In this document: positions 37,601 to 52,500 of the stretch, piece by piece
Position numbering within the stretch: position 1 is the stretch's first letter
Layout of the letters: each line of letters begins with the position of its first letter
Source of the DNA: Balanoglossus misakiensis
Taxonomy: Eukaryota; Animalia; Hemichordata
Reading direction: 5' to 3'
NCBI GenBank assembly: GCA_040954595.2
Contig: CM082589.2
Coordinates: 12,226,894-12,290,893 of the forward strand
DNA: 64,000 bases
Notes under the pieces: model-generated
Told to the model about the DNA's origin: nothing
The model's database searches: none
What the model saw: the letters and a program-made list of their open reading frames with translations, nothing else
Position numbers and translations under genes: made by a program

Positions 37601-40600
37601 TTTGAACAAATATTTTCTGTGAAACTGCTTGTTGGATTGCTTTGAAATTAGTTTTTTCTCTGATTGCTTTGAAATTTAGGATATAATTTCATAACACATA
37701 CCTGTATATGTGCAACTTTTATTCAATTCTGAGATCAGAAAGATTAAATATTTAGCGAGTTTTTTTGGTAAGTTTCTTTGTTTTTGGTTAGCAAATCTTC
37801 TCCTAAACAAATTGTCCAGTTGTTTTTAAAGTTACTATTTACAAGGAGTTGTTACCTCGAACAAAGACATGTTTACATAACTTAAATAGGCCAGCTGTTA
37901 CAGAGACCACCAGCTATCACATTTTAATTACCAGTGGCAGGTCAGTGTGTGTCTGTTCCAGGGCTGACTGAAAGAAGTTGCTTCGCATATGTGTTTGTGT
38001 ACAGACAATTTTTGGTCAATTTCTTTTTCTAGCACCACTTGTAAGACTGCCATGACACATGACAGTTTATTGGGCATGTTCCTTGTTAATGTTTTTACAT
38101 TGCATATTTCTATATGGTCAGATCATAAGTGCTTGCAAATGTCACCTGTAATTTTTATTCTGCTGTGTCACTGTTTCCGCATAATCCTCAAATGTCATCA
38201 GATCTCCGAATGTGATGAAAACAGTGTGTTTTGAGTGGGTTTTTTAATGACCTTTTGGGTTAAAAGTGGCAAAAATGGCAATTTTGTCTTCAAAGGGGTC
38301 AATAAGACTGACTTTTTTGGAATCAGCACCATTTTTTACATTGAATGGACTAGTCTGCTCAAACTTTCCTTACCAAAAATTCTGTTTAATCTTCTGTAAC
38401 ATGTATACTAGTGTACATGTAGCTGCCTGATAGTTTGCCCTGTGTGTGTAATTGCTGAGTGACATAACGCATTCTGTGATTGATGCAGTCACGTAACCAC
38501 CAATCGAACGATTGTTATAAGGAGAACTGCACGACCTTTAACCGCATTAGCATACCTGATTTTTAGGGCTCGATATTACCTCTGAGGACGCAATATTTAA
38601 GTTGAAGTTTTTTTATTTTATCATATTAGAGCAAGAAGACTTGTCTTTTATGTAAAAGAAATAGACCCTAATATACAGAGTGCATTTTGAAACGATAGGC
38701 AGTTCCGGCCCATAGCCTAATTCTTCATTTTTCTGTCATGCGTAGGAATTGATTAGTGCTAACAACCCATGTCAAAATGGCAGCACTTGCCAACCCTAAC
38801 CTCGTGTGTGGCATTGACGTGCACCTGCCAAGGATGCTTTACTGGGAGCGCTGTGAAAATTGTCAGTCAGTTTCTTTTGTCAAATTAATCAATATGTGTG
38901 GGACTGCTATACATGTATATAAAACAGAATACTGCGATGGAAAATTCTATAACTTAATGTTTCAGTGGATATATGACTTAAAGTTAGCAGTATGCAGTGA
39001 ATTCAACAGAAAGTGTAATTTCCTCTTGTGTGAGCTCTGTGCGACTGTGCCAATGAAAATCTCACCACAAACAAAAATGACAGGTATACACTGTATATTA
39101 GCAGCTTTGTCTCTGTAATAGCCATAGTGTTTTGAAGTTGAAAACTTGCAAAGTGTGCAGTTTTATTCACACTACAAAGGAAACATTGTTGAAACGGATT
39201 ATCTGTGTACATTGTCAAACTGTACACTTGTCGCGAGATTTATTCTCAATTATATTACTAGTATATCATGCTACCGTCTGCAACTCTGATTGGACGAGAG
39301 CTAAATCCAGCGATGCTAAAATACTCAATAATGCACTGCTGGCAGTGGTAAAACGGGCTTTCTGTTTGCCACATGGGTTTGTTCTTTAGGTTGTTGTATG
39401 TGTTTACACCCATCATGTTTATTGTAGAACCAGGGTCGATCAGTGAGGCAACTGCTGTTTGTTCTATCTGCACTGTTACTCGAGGCCTCCTGCCATTTGA
39501 TTGTTGTACAGTGAAGCAGTATTCATCTCCCGAGCTGTCTTCCACTTTATGCACAGCTTTGACAGTTTTATCCTTGTCTACCCTATTTGCCTTGCCTTTT
39601 GAATGGTAGCATTTGGCTAAATGGTTAGGTTTGCCACACTTCCTGCATGACTTGCCTTTAGCTGGACATACTGAGTCATGTGGTACCATTATTAAAATAG
39701 GGGCCAGTCATCAAAACGTAAGTGAGCCAAAAAACTACAGGTCAGATAAATTGTTTTCTCGTAAATTCAACATTAGAATCAAATTTGGCGTTGGAAACAA
39801 ACGGCGGGTCGCCAGTTCCTGGTCTGGAGGCTGGTAGAGTCACGTCTTGAAGACTGGCCCCTATTTTAATAATGGCATTGTCATGACCGGCCAACCTTTG
39901 ACCTCGGAGACCACAATGTAGAGCTATCGATCAGCTTTTCGCGTTTCAATCAAACATTGCAATCACGGGCTAAAATCACTAACTAGTTGATACCTTTTTC
40001 GGTGTTTCATCTAACCTTTGAAAGGAGTATAATAAAAATGAAATGACCGCACGTAATGTGCATTTCTTGTTCACGTGTGGGGACTATATGTGTGCGTAAT
40101 GATCCAAATGCAAGGGGTCGTGTGAACAGGCCTTAAATAATGAGTTTGCGTTAAATAATGAGTTTGCGTTAAATAATAAGTTGACAAACGGCGCGAGTGC
40201 ATTTTTTCATGGTTTAGAAATCACTTATTTATATATAATTCATTATATAATGTAAATCACTCATGATATATATATAATAGACTTGCACTTAAATTATTTA
40301 TAAATCACTCATGATATATATATAATACACTTAAATTGTTTTTATTTATAAATAATTAATTATATATAAATAATTATGTACATCACTCATGATATATATA
40401 TAATAGACTGACACTGACATTGTTTATAAATAATTTATTATATATAAATAAAAGAGCATAAAATACATTTTATGTATATAATTGAATCGACTTGAAATTA
40501 TTTATAAATAAATTGTCAGGACTTAAATGGTTTGCAAATCTATAATTACATACATATAAGTATGTTAAATAACGACTTTTGAACAAATAATTTAGCTAAA

Positions 40601-41631
40601 TAATAAGTTAACACATGGCACCCCATACAAACATTACGTCCAGTCCAAATATTCTGCCAATTTTACATCCAATGCATTCAAATAGTGGACTGCTTCGCTT
40701 TCATCCAGTTTTCATGTGCATCGTATAAGTAGACTTTTGTTTTGTCCCGTCTTTTCACCGAATTTGCTCTTTTCCAAATCTCCGACACAGACTATGATCG
40801 TCACATTCTTGTCTGTTGTTAGAACAGCACACTGCCATATGGCATTGACTGTATACAGTTTCTGTTACCAATATCTCTGGTTTGGCATTTTCCTGTCCTC
40901 AATCTTTTGCCAGGGATTTTTGTGTCCCCAACCCGCGTGAGAATCCCACGTCTTTGAAGGTATGACTGTGACTATAAGATTCTATAAATCTCTGTTTATT
41001 TTCAGCACAAACATCATGTGCTGATTGCCCAGCTGGTAACCAATGTCCAAATGGTAACACTGTGATTTTATGCTCGGCTGGTTATTACAGTTCGGCCTTG
41101 GACAAAGGATGTCTCGCTGTACCTCTTGCATAACAGGTAAACTTCTACCCACCAACCTTTATTTCCAACATCAAACATTAGGTCAGGTAATTTACTAACT
41201 GAAAAATAGGATGGGAACATTTTCCATTTCTGTATTTAAAATTTACTGATATAATATATGAATGAAAAAATGACAATTTTTCCAAATTTGAATAGACCTC
41301 TATTTATGAAAATAATTAAAATTTGCGCCAATTTTTTACAGTGGTATTCAAAGGTTAACTTGGTGTGTATATTCTTTGTTTGATTTACAGATCAGCCGGT
41401 GCTGAACAGTGTACTATTTGTGAGCAAGGGTACGCCTGCACAGATCCCAGTGCATCGCAATTCAAGTGTACCAAGGGTTACGTGTCATTGGCTGGTGCAA
41501 CAAACTGTACCAGATGTACAAATGGTAAGATTGTGGTACTTGTTCAGTTTGCTGTGTGATGAAACTGAGTGGTATGTGTGTATGCATGTATGTGTTTACA
41601 ACAGATTTTCAAGTCAGTGCGACTGGGGTTA

Positions 41632-41663
<32 letters not shown>

Positions 41664-43414
41664 TACAACAGATTATCAACTCAGTGCGAAATCTTGCGAG
41701 ACCCGGTTAGCCATGTGAGATCTCGCAGAGTCTTATGATATTCAGAAAATGGTTGATTAGAAATGACGTTTAATGTCCTCCAAAGAATTTTCTACATGCC
41801 CGTATACTTGTCTCAGAATTATGAAGTGAATCATCTCAAGTAATTTGTTATTTTAAATGACACTGTATCACAAATACTTCACTAAAAACCTCATTTTCTT
41901 TAATCAGATGAAATAAGTGAGGAGCCTGCACGCACATCCCGTCTTCTGTGCCCTGCTGGACAATCGTGTTCAGATCCAATGTAAGATCCGCTTGACTGTG
42001 GCAATGGTGAATATGCTATGGAAGGCGACGGCACATGCACGCCTTGTCCAGCAGGATCCAAGTGTCCAACCATGTCACCCGTAGTTGATTGTTCAACAGT
42101 TACTGGTAAGTTGGGCTGCAAATTACTCTTATGACTTCCCTGTGTTATAGCATGACATACACAGAAAATTAAACTGTTATGCTCATTGGAGTTGATATTG
42201 TGATGCACTTTGAAAAACACAATGATTCCACTGAAGAGGTATTGTACAGTAACACCTGTGATTACGGACATCTCTCTAATAAGGGATCGTTGGACCAAAC
42301 CAATCGTTCTTTGAATTTTTTCTGTGATAGGTTCATACTCGCTAGGTTCGGCCAAGTCCTTCTGGTTATGAATGCACAACTACAAATGTCACACAGTGCG
42401 CTACAGGGAAGTAAAGTGTTGAAGGAGGTAAGTCTTGAAATCTCTTTTCTTCTGGTCTCGATTTGAACATGGTTCCACAAGTTGTTTACATCACTTGTAG
42501 TTTTACATATTTTTTTAGTTCAACAGCTATGCTATACATGGTGTCCTGAGAAGTCGACCAGTATGAGAAGTCGGTATCGGCCAGTACGAGAAGTCGGCCT
42601 GTGGGAGAGAACCCTGGTACTTTGTGTTATATATAACTGTTTCACTACGAAATGTTTCCTTGATGTACAGGAGCTGAGATATTTGTACAAATAGCCGATG
42701 AATTTTAAAACTGTCTGTTCACTTTTCATGTACGTCACCGGGGTACGTCAACATCAGTCACCTGCACTTCTTGAGCTGCGCCAGTAGTCTGTTCCTTGTC
42801 ACGTTTGTTTGTTTGTTTGTTTGGTGTTGTCTCAGAAAGTATGAATATACACATACATCTTCTATGTATTTTAGTAGGCTTTGAAACAACTCCCTTTAAT
42901 CAGAAATGTCACAGGAATTTGGCGAACAACCTAAGCTCCTTACGCGGATACGGGGATGGGGAACTGGTACGGATGCCAGACGCCATTATTTGAAATGACG
43001 CCATTGTGTTGTCAAGAATTTGGGAAATCCGTCCAAATGAAAATATTTAGTGCAATTATATTTTATTAAGTGTTGTTATAAGTAATCTGGGTCATCACTG
43101 CACTATTCGGGTACAAGTTCAACAACTGGCCGACTTCTCATACGCGCGTAGTGGCTGACTTCTAATCTGGCCGACTTCTCATGTATTCCTATACATTAGT
43201 GAAAATTGGGGAAACTGGTGTTTTCAGACAACTTATGAAGTCCCTTTCGCAATATTAACTCTAAAACAGCGGGTGATATTCCTTTTAAAATTTAACCAAA
43301 TAAGCATACTTGAACTCTGTCATATCGGCAAAACACTCACTACACAAGCTGCTGTTATTCTACAGACATGACATGTGCTGATTGCGGCGTAGGTAACTAC
43401 TGTCCAGATGGGTC
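28518..43414. repeat. Array copy 3 (14897 bp)
   Basis: Full-length unit, co-linear with copy 4. Confidence 0.97.
29506..38861 (+). pseudogene. EGF exon cluster E1-E12, copy 3
   Basis: Co-linear with copy 2, same lesions. Confidence 0.88.
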
Positions 43415-43582
43415 AGACAGCCCCATTCCTTGTCCATCAAGTTATTATGCTGACACAGCCACAGAAGTATCCTGTACCCCTTGCGATCCAGGCTGTCAGT
43501 GTGCAGCAACATCACCCACTTGCCTGCACATCAAGAACCTACTCTCTGGGACCATCAACAACATGTACTCCCCTTCTACCAG
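41006..43582 (+). pseudogene. Cys-rich exon cluster G1-G5, third occurrence
   Basis: Co-linear, same lesions. Confidence 0.82.
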
Positions 43583-46500
43583 GTTTGTAGTCGTCTTAGT
43601 CGTAAAAACATATTTAAGGTGTTGGGCACCTCGAAATAAAGGGTCGTCTGATCATGTTAAAATTAATACTGATGATACTATGACTTCTAAACATTTAATC
43701 TATGGAATAAAAATTGGGGGTCAACCATCTAGAGTTTTGAAAAAGCGCCCTTTATCTAGCACCTCTTTCAGATTTTGCCAGGCTCGTAGATTTTTGTAAA
43801 ATGGCCTCAAAAATAAGAATTTTGGAAGGTTTGTCATATTTTTTCACCATTGTAGAATCTAAATGTTCTGAATTATTTTATTTTTAGCAATTTTGAGATT
43901 GCTTCATGTTCAGTATGATAATCGCATGTCAATACAACTGTTACATTAAAGGAAAAGTTCAAATCCGCCTAAAACCACATTGCATTGGTACCTAGTTAAG
44001 TTGTCCTCACTTCTGACGCAAAATTTTGATGTGCAATGCACGTGTCTGTGAAATTGACGAATAAAAAAATTGTATACCAGTGCAAAATTAAAAACTCCCT
44101 GTGCAGCCTTCTTGGCAACTGCATGCTGGGAAAAGTACTCGGATGATGACGAAAAAGTTTCGGGGTTCCGGGTAGTGCTACCCCGGAATACAATGTTGGG
44201 TGCAGACTCCAACTATGGAAAAGAGATGCAGAATGTCATGTGATATAGTAGTGAAAACAAATACACGTTGGTTCACGTATTTCAGCTCTCAGCAATCAGG
44301 GTGCATTAAAAGGCCTTGATTGGTGTGATATTCACAATTGATGATTATAAATACTTACAGTTGTATACTGTTTTATTTTGTAAATATTGTGTACATTTGC
44401 AGCAATGAATCCGTGCGAACACAAACCTTAACCCATGCCGGAATGCTGGTACTTGCCAAGCAATCCAGGGATCTTGTACAGGCGTCACATGTCTATGTGC
44501 TGGCTGCTACCTGGGCTTCACATGTGAAACACGTGAGTACAGTACTTTGTCATTTATTAAAAAATCTAAGTGCTGAGGTACATTGTAGTAATAATAGCAG
44601 GTGTAGTCATTATCATCATCATCATCATCATCTTTAAGTCAGTCATATGATCGGTAATAAAAACAGTAAAATCACCAGTATAAAAACATAACAGAGAAAT
44701 AATGAACGTGTACTGGTGTTACCATAGGTAACTGTTGTATAAAATTTTGAATTCCTGTCTTCCAGTTCCTAATCCATGCTTCACTAGTCCTTGTCTCAAT
44801 GGAGGTACCTGCCAACAACAGGCAAATTCTTGTACTGCCACCATTGGCATGTGCACAGAGTGTTACTAGGGAAACAGGTGTGAGACAAGTAAGTTTGAAT
44901 CTATAGCAGTTAATAATGATAATTATCATTTTTTTTTTATTATGATTTATACTTCACTGATGTTGTACAAACACAAAAATAGAAATAATAATAATAATAA
45001 TAATAATTTATTTGTATAGCGTCAGTATCCACAAAAAATGTGATCAATGACGCTTAAAGCAAAAGTACAATACAACACAACAAATGGCTAAAAAACAGAT
45101 TTAAAAAGTAAAGTTTTAACATTTGATTTAAAAACAGATAAGTCTGGTGCCTGGCGAATGGTGAGTGGAAGATTATTCCAAAGAATTGGAGCAGCAACAG
45201 TAAAAGCACGATCACCATAACTCTTGGTGCGTGATCGAACAGGGCAGAGTTTGAACTGATCAGCTGACCTCAAATTGCGACACGGAACATATAGATTAGT
45301 CATGCTAGAAAGATAGATTGGACCAAGTTTATGAATGGATTTAAAAATGAGAACTAACATCTTAAAAACAATACGCTCTGTAACAGGTAGCCAGTGCAAC
45401 TGATACAAAATTGGAGTGATGTGACAGGTGATTTTTGAACGAGTAACAATTAGAAAGGGACAGCAGCTTAGCTCTATTCCTTTTCCAAAGTGTTTGTTCT
45501 TTTAAACTACCTGTTTTTTATTTATTCTGATTATGCTAATATGCTAATTTGTCGGTTTGTCACATCACAATTTTTGTAGGAAACTCACCCCTGGGAATTT
45601 TTTTCAGCCACTGACATACATTCATAATCACATGACATTGATGATCATGGAAAATTTGACCCTTTTCCTTGTAGGACTCAACCAGTGTCCACCAAATCCG
45701 TGCCAGAATGGTGGCTTCTGTCAACCGGCTCGAAATTCCTGCTTTGATCTCACCTGCATATGTACTGGTTGCTACAAAGGTGATAGGTGTGAGATATGTA
45801 AGTATACAGCGCAGTCTCTTTTACCTTTTGTCTCTGATGCATTCAAATACTGCATGTTTCCTGAGCATAGGTGTAGCCATCACCACAGCAGAGCTTGGAG
45901 CGTTCTTGACATCGAATGCAAGATTACACTCTTCCCAATCAAAATCACTTTCGTAGCGCATAATGTCTTGATTGTCTTAGTTCAAGAAACATTATGCGCG
46001 ACTGGCCAATTTTACAGCCTTTTGTCAACGCACATCCACTATGGAAATTCTCACTCCAGGCCAGATAGTGTAAATTTACATATGAGTCTACAGGTATGCT
46101 TGAAGTCAAGTCAAGCATTTGCAAGGAACCCTCCTCCAGTACACAGGTCTTTGATTTCATGAAGGGAAGCCCTTGCCTCACAGTCACTGCCACATGATCT
46201 ATGGAGGTGTGAACAACTTGATACCAGCCTAATATAAGTTGTAGGCACAATCACTCCACACACCCTTGCCATAATTCTGCAAGGTTTTTGCCATATCTGT
46301 ACTGTAGAATGAGTAGCAAGGAATAAAATGGCGTCCTTTCTTAATTTCCAGTGCAAAACCCCTGTGATCCCAACCCATGTATGAATGGTGGATTTTGCCA
46401 GCAAACATCGTGCAATTTCTATTCATGCCAGTGTGTGAACTCTTACACAGGTGACATCTGTCAAACCATAGACCCTAGAGAAAGAAGGACGAGCAACTGC

Positions 46501-49500
46501 GGCAAAGATCAAAGGGTTTGGGGATTATCTGTATGATGATGTTCTTTTGCATATAATTAACACCCAGGACAGTTGGACAATGACTTCCTTACTTCGGCAC
46601 GTGTCGACCCCACCAGTGATGCGAAAACTTGCCACCAAACTGACACTCCTGCATTTCAGCAGCCACTGCGTTTTTTTCTAAAATTCTAAAAGTATTACGA
46701 TGTCTGTGCTAATTATTATGGTCGTCTGTCGGATGAACGGTCATTTCTAGTGCCACAAGCTTCATTTAAAAATTGTAAACAAATCATCCATGCCAAATTC
46801 CTGTTTAACTTGTGCAGATGTGTTCCATAAATGATTGCTGCGTTCAACCACGTTGCAGTTTTCTCGTCTTCTGCGAGATGTTCTAAGGTGTTTGTGATAA
46901 CTTCACGCAAAACGCGAGACTTTGCGTTAGTTTATACACAGTTTATTTGTAAATTGGATTATTGGGATTTACCTGGAAATAATGTATGCAAAAGAACATC
47001 ATTTCAAGAAAAAACTGGAGTTGCGCGTCCTTCTTGCATGTCCGACTGGGCACTCATATTTCTTGGTAACGCTGACACTTTTCGTAATAATTTTATGTTT
47101 GCGTGAAGCATTGAAACAAAAATTGTGGTTTAGGGGCATTTTATTTCGCAGTGCGTGAACAATAAAACAGATTTCACGAAAACAATTTATAAACAAACTG
47201 GCTGGATTTTCATGTGTGCGCTATTGCCGCCAGGCAACCCTCGGTACGGTTAGCTCACAGCCTTGTGAAATACCCGGACTGTTAGACAAAAGATGCTTGT
47301 TTTGGACGCTGTCAGACTCAGAGGTGCCAAATTCCTGTTTAACTTGTGCAGATGTGTTCCATAAATGATTGCTGCGTTCAACCACGTTGCAGTTTTCTCG
47401 TCTTCTGCGAGATGTTCTAAGGTGTTTGTGATAACTTCAGGCAAAACGCGAGACTTTGCGTTAGTTTATACACAGTTTATTTGCAAATTGGATTATTGGG
47501 ATTTACCTGGAAATAATGTATGCAAAAGAACATCATTTCAAGAAAAAACTGGAGTTGCGCGTCCTTCTTTCTCTAGGGTCCATGGTCAAACAAGTGAGTA
47601 TATACTTTCAAGACACCCTGCAAACAAACAAGCAATCTTTATTCCGTAGATCTTTAAGCATATTTATGCATTGTATATTTTGATGTGAAACTTCAAATTT
47701 TATTGGTCTTGTTGCCAAACTTCTGAAGAAATGAGGATATTGTTTTGAAGGGTATTTTATCAGTAGATAACAAATACCATGGCCCTCCATGCAAATACCC
47801 ACATGGTAAATTAAAACTGTTACAGGTGTATTTGATTTAAGCAATAAAACACCCCCAGCCATGGTATACCACGAGATTTTGACCAGTTCACGACATATAC
47901 GCACGAGCGATAGCGAGTGCGTATATGGAGTTGAACTGGTCAAAATCGAGTGGTATACCATGGCTGGGGGTGTTTTATTGCTATTATATTATGCCAGTAT
48001 ATTGAAACTTTGCATAAAACATTTTAAAAAGGCATTTTCTTTGACTATGATATATGACTGTGGTATATGGCTAATATATCCTGGTCACGTGTCGTGTCTC
48101 GACCAATCAAATAGCGTGATTTACACCATCAATATACTGGTATAATATAATTCCACATATGGATTACATGTGGGATAATATTGGGTGCTGGCAGTTTCAG
48201 TAAATGAACTGCTCTTAAAAGTTGGGTGTCAGGGCACCCTTGACTTCTTATTGTTCAGTTATACATTTAGGAGGCTCAGTTATAGGAGAACCCGATAGAA
48301 CCACAGCTGTAGGAATTAGGGAAATGGTCATACCCTAAAAAACTTATGTCACTACTATTTTTTTTTCATGCCATTGAAACAGAACAAACTCCATGTAGGC
48401 CAAGTCCATGCCTGAACAATGGGCGGTGTACTCAGCTGTCTTGTACAACTTATGAGTGTACTTGTCCAGGATGTTTCACCGGCACACACTGCAGCCAGTG
48501 TAAAACTCATTAAAACAAACATTTGTCATGCAGGAACTAACACTTACAATCATGTCTCAATACATTGTCTGTTGGTCATACTTTATATTTTCATCTTCAG
48601 CATCACACCTTGGTCCTTGGGAATCGGTCACCTCAAAAATGATGTACAGCTGAAAGAAAACATGTTTATTTGAAGAAAAAACTGTTGATCGTTCATGAAA
48701 ATTTTCCCTACACAAGATACATATACAGAGATTTTCATAGCCCCATAAGTGCGTCCCAGAATGAGCAAGTTGTTTTTGGAAGTGAAGTTCCGTTCAGTAT
48801 TTACAGTAATGGTAATGATGATGTTTTCATCAAACAGATTTTGAAAGTAAATATTGCTGAGATAACATTAGGTTGCACTTTTTATTGCAGTCCAAGATCC
48901 AGGCCAGCGAAACAGCTGTCTCAACGGGGCTGTATGTAATGCAGTGGCCAACTCCTGCACGGCATATACCTGTGCCTGTACTGGTTGCTATGAGGGTAAC
49001 CGTTGTGAAATATGTAAGTTTCTGACGTACCGTAAATGACAATCTTTTGGGCACTTTCTCTTCATGGCAATTGAATTGTGTGGTAACTTCTCATTTCTAA
49101 AATTTCCCCAAGAGAAAAGAAAGGAAAAGGAAACAGAAATTTCATTTGTATGTCCGTGCAATTTAGGATAGGCACGAACTTGTGAGGAAGTGTACGAAGT
49201 TGGATGTTTTCATCACTCAAATATACAAGAGTTGCCTCTTGAAGACTAGTGTCTGTAGAGATAATTGTGCATGTGAGGTAATCTCTCCTAAGGTGGTGCA
49301 CACCTCTTAGTATTAAGTAAAAGAGACGTCCTTAATTATCCTTACTATTTGGCTTGAAAAATCAATCTTACTAGGTGTTCTGATTAGAGAGGTGTCCATA
49401 AAGACAGGTTTTACTGTATTACCCAAAATAGAGACATTGTCCCTTCATCATATACTTAATGCGTGTTCTGGGTATGGTTCCAGTATAATGCTTGTGTCAA

Positions 49501-52500
49501 AGGATTTTGTTGTGGTGCAGGAATCATCTTTGGTTGAGGTGTAGCCATCTGCATTTCATGTGTTTTAAACTATTTTTTTTTCTGATTGTCATTAACCCAT
49601 GTGATCAGAATCCGTGTCAAAATGGAGGCTATTGTTCCAAAACACCAAATTCTTATACTGACTACACCTGTTACTGCCAGTAGTGTTGGACTGGGGCCAT
49701 CTGTGCCGTAGGTGTGTCGAATTACTGTTTTATGACACAGCGTGGTATATAAACCCTCATTTTTGGTATTCTCAATGTGATAGATGGACCCATACACCAA
49801 TAAATGGGGTGGAAGCATTACTAAGTTTCATCCTTTCAAAATTTGCTGATGTAGGGTCAAAATTGAGTGTGAGGTGCATGTTAAAAAGGAAAGCCTTCTG
49901 TATCATGTTGATGGCACATTTTTTTAATTTTTCAAGATTCTTACAGAAAAATCCTAGCAATAGCATCATTATGTTATTTTAAATGTAAAGGTTTGAAACA
50001 AGGAATGAAGACATTGCTCACATATTTAAACGAAATGAACATCACAAGTACATGTACAAGTTTTTGACAAGCAGGTAATTGATACTTTCCTTTTTGTTTT
50101 GGCAGCCATTGATCAGTTATACCCTATGCCTTGTCAAAATGGTGGCACATGCGTTGCGTGAGACGGCTGTTTCCTGTTTGACTGTATGTGTACCGAATGC
50201 TTCACTGGTGCCACATGTACAATGCGTAAGTACTAACCAATATTATTTTATTCAATGCAAAACACTTGTTATATATTATATAATATAAGTACGGTACACA
50301 TATTAAAGCCCTGGTAACTCAAACTTTGGGCTAGCTTAATGTTATCACTATTTTTGTTTTCGGTTGCAACTGTGGTTTCTTGTCACACTCTAAAGGATTT
50401 CACAGCATTTGGTTTTTCAAAACAGCCCTTTGGTTGTTGTCATGTATACATGTACATGACTGTGGAGTGTAGTTTGTAGATTCTGTAATTTTGACAATAT
50501 CTTGACTGCACATCCCACAGCTGTCAACCAGTGTCAACCCATCCAGTGTCGGAATGGTGGAAACTGTGTGCTGACGCCCAATTGGTGTACTGAATTCACA
50601 TGCTCCTGTACAAGCTGTTACTCCGGCGATTTATGTCAGACATGTGAGTGATTTTAAATTTCAGATGAAGAGGAACATAATAACATAACACATAATCGGC
50701 TTGCAGTTGGTTTCTTCCAACCTGTATCAAACAGTGAATAACGACACAATTTTGGGGAAATTTATTAAGAATGTGTGTGCCATAAAAGGGGATTGTGTAT
50801 TTGACCAAATAACAACCTGCACCGTATGGTACACTAAGACACTATTACACCTGTGTCAAAATTTCATTACGTTTCTTTTGTTGAACATGGAAGAAATTTG
50901 TCACAGTGATGTTCTGTTGACCAACTGAGATTTTTACCACTCAACCCTGACTGCACAAATCTGTTTAAAGTATATGTAGTAAATATTAACTGTACACAAT
51001 TTATATCACTTTCTCTTCTGTGCACAGATTTGAATCCGTGTCAGCCCAACCCTTGTCTAAACAGTGGATTCTGCCAGCAAGTGTCCTGCACCGAGTTCAG
51101 ATGCCAGAGTCCACGCTGTTTCATCGGAACCACGTGCGCTGAACGTAAGCAAACCAGTGTCAGATTTCCCGCACAAAGTAGAAATCGCTGGGCTTTGTCA
51201 TTGATATTGTCTCAATAAAGTTGCCTGTGATTGTGCAGCTAACCAAGAGACTTATATGCACTACGGTAGCCATGATGAATACTTTCATTGACTCAAATGC
51301 TCATCAGTGTAGATGTTGCTATTTTTCCAACCGTAAATTGAAACATCAGAAAGTTATGACATCAACTACCCCCACCCCCACCCCACCCACCCCCAACTAG
51401 TAAATATTATAAGATTCAGTAATTATGATAAAGATGGTAGCACCAAGCTTGGATCAAGTGGTCTTCATTATCCTTCACACATGAACATGATCACACGGAT
51501 GTGCAATCTTCTGACAGTCTGCTACAGATTTCACTTCCCACTCAAGTGTGTAAGACCCTAATGTGATACTTTTCATTTCTCTCACCCTTAGCGATCAACC
51601 AGTGTCTTCTAAACCCATGTCTGAATAACGGAGTGTATCAGCCACTTCAAGGCTCCTGCTCAATCTACACCTGCAACTGTCCAACCTGCTACACTGGGCA
51701 AACATGTGTTACATGTAAGTCACAAGTTTTTAGGTCCCATTGGTATGTACCATGGGAACTTATTGGATTGGTTACGTCTGTATGTATGGATGGATGGATG
51801 GATGTATGTCTGTATGTCCGTCCACATGAAAAACTTGAAAACCGCAGCGCGTTTGACCTCGATATTTGGCGTGTAGATGCAGGCAGGGCTGTAGATGGGA
51901 GTTTGTTCAAATGAAGATGTCATTGCCAAAAATATGCAAATTAGCTGGGAAAATGTGAAATTGGTCAAAACTCAAAAACTGGACAACCACTGGTCATATT
52001 GATTTGAAAAATGGTATGCATGTACCTTATATCAACCTCATACAACCCTGTATGTTTTGAGCTAATATTATCGATTTCCTATTTTTTTTGCATTTTTTTG
52101 TATTTTTCCATGTTATTGGTAAAAGTCTTTGAAATTTAGTATGAAGCCTCCTAATGTTGTCTAAGTAACCATAGTTTTGTTCAAATTGTTGCAAAATTTG
52201 CATATCTATAATTTTGAGCATTATTTGCCATTTTTGGTCAAAAAATGTTTTTCTTTAAAACCTCATGCCAGATTGCTTTGCAATTTGGTAGGCATGTTCG
52301 TAGGGGTAACCTAAATAATATGTTGTAAAAAATGTGATATTTGCATAAATGTGTTATCGGGGAAACTTTTGCAATTTTTGTCAAAAATTGTTTTCACTGA
52401 AACCGCTTGTCCTATTGCATTGAACTTAGGCAGCATGTTCCTTGTAGTGATTGAAGTAAGATATTGTACAATTTTGGTGATATTTTCATATTTGTGTTTT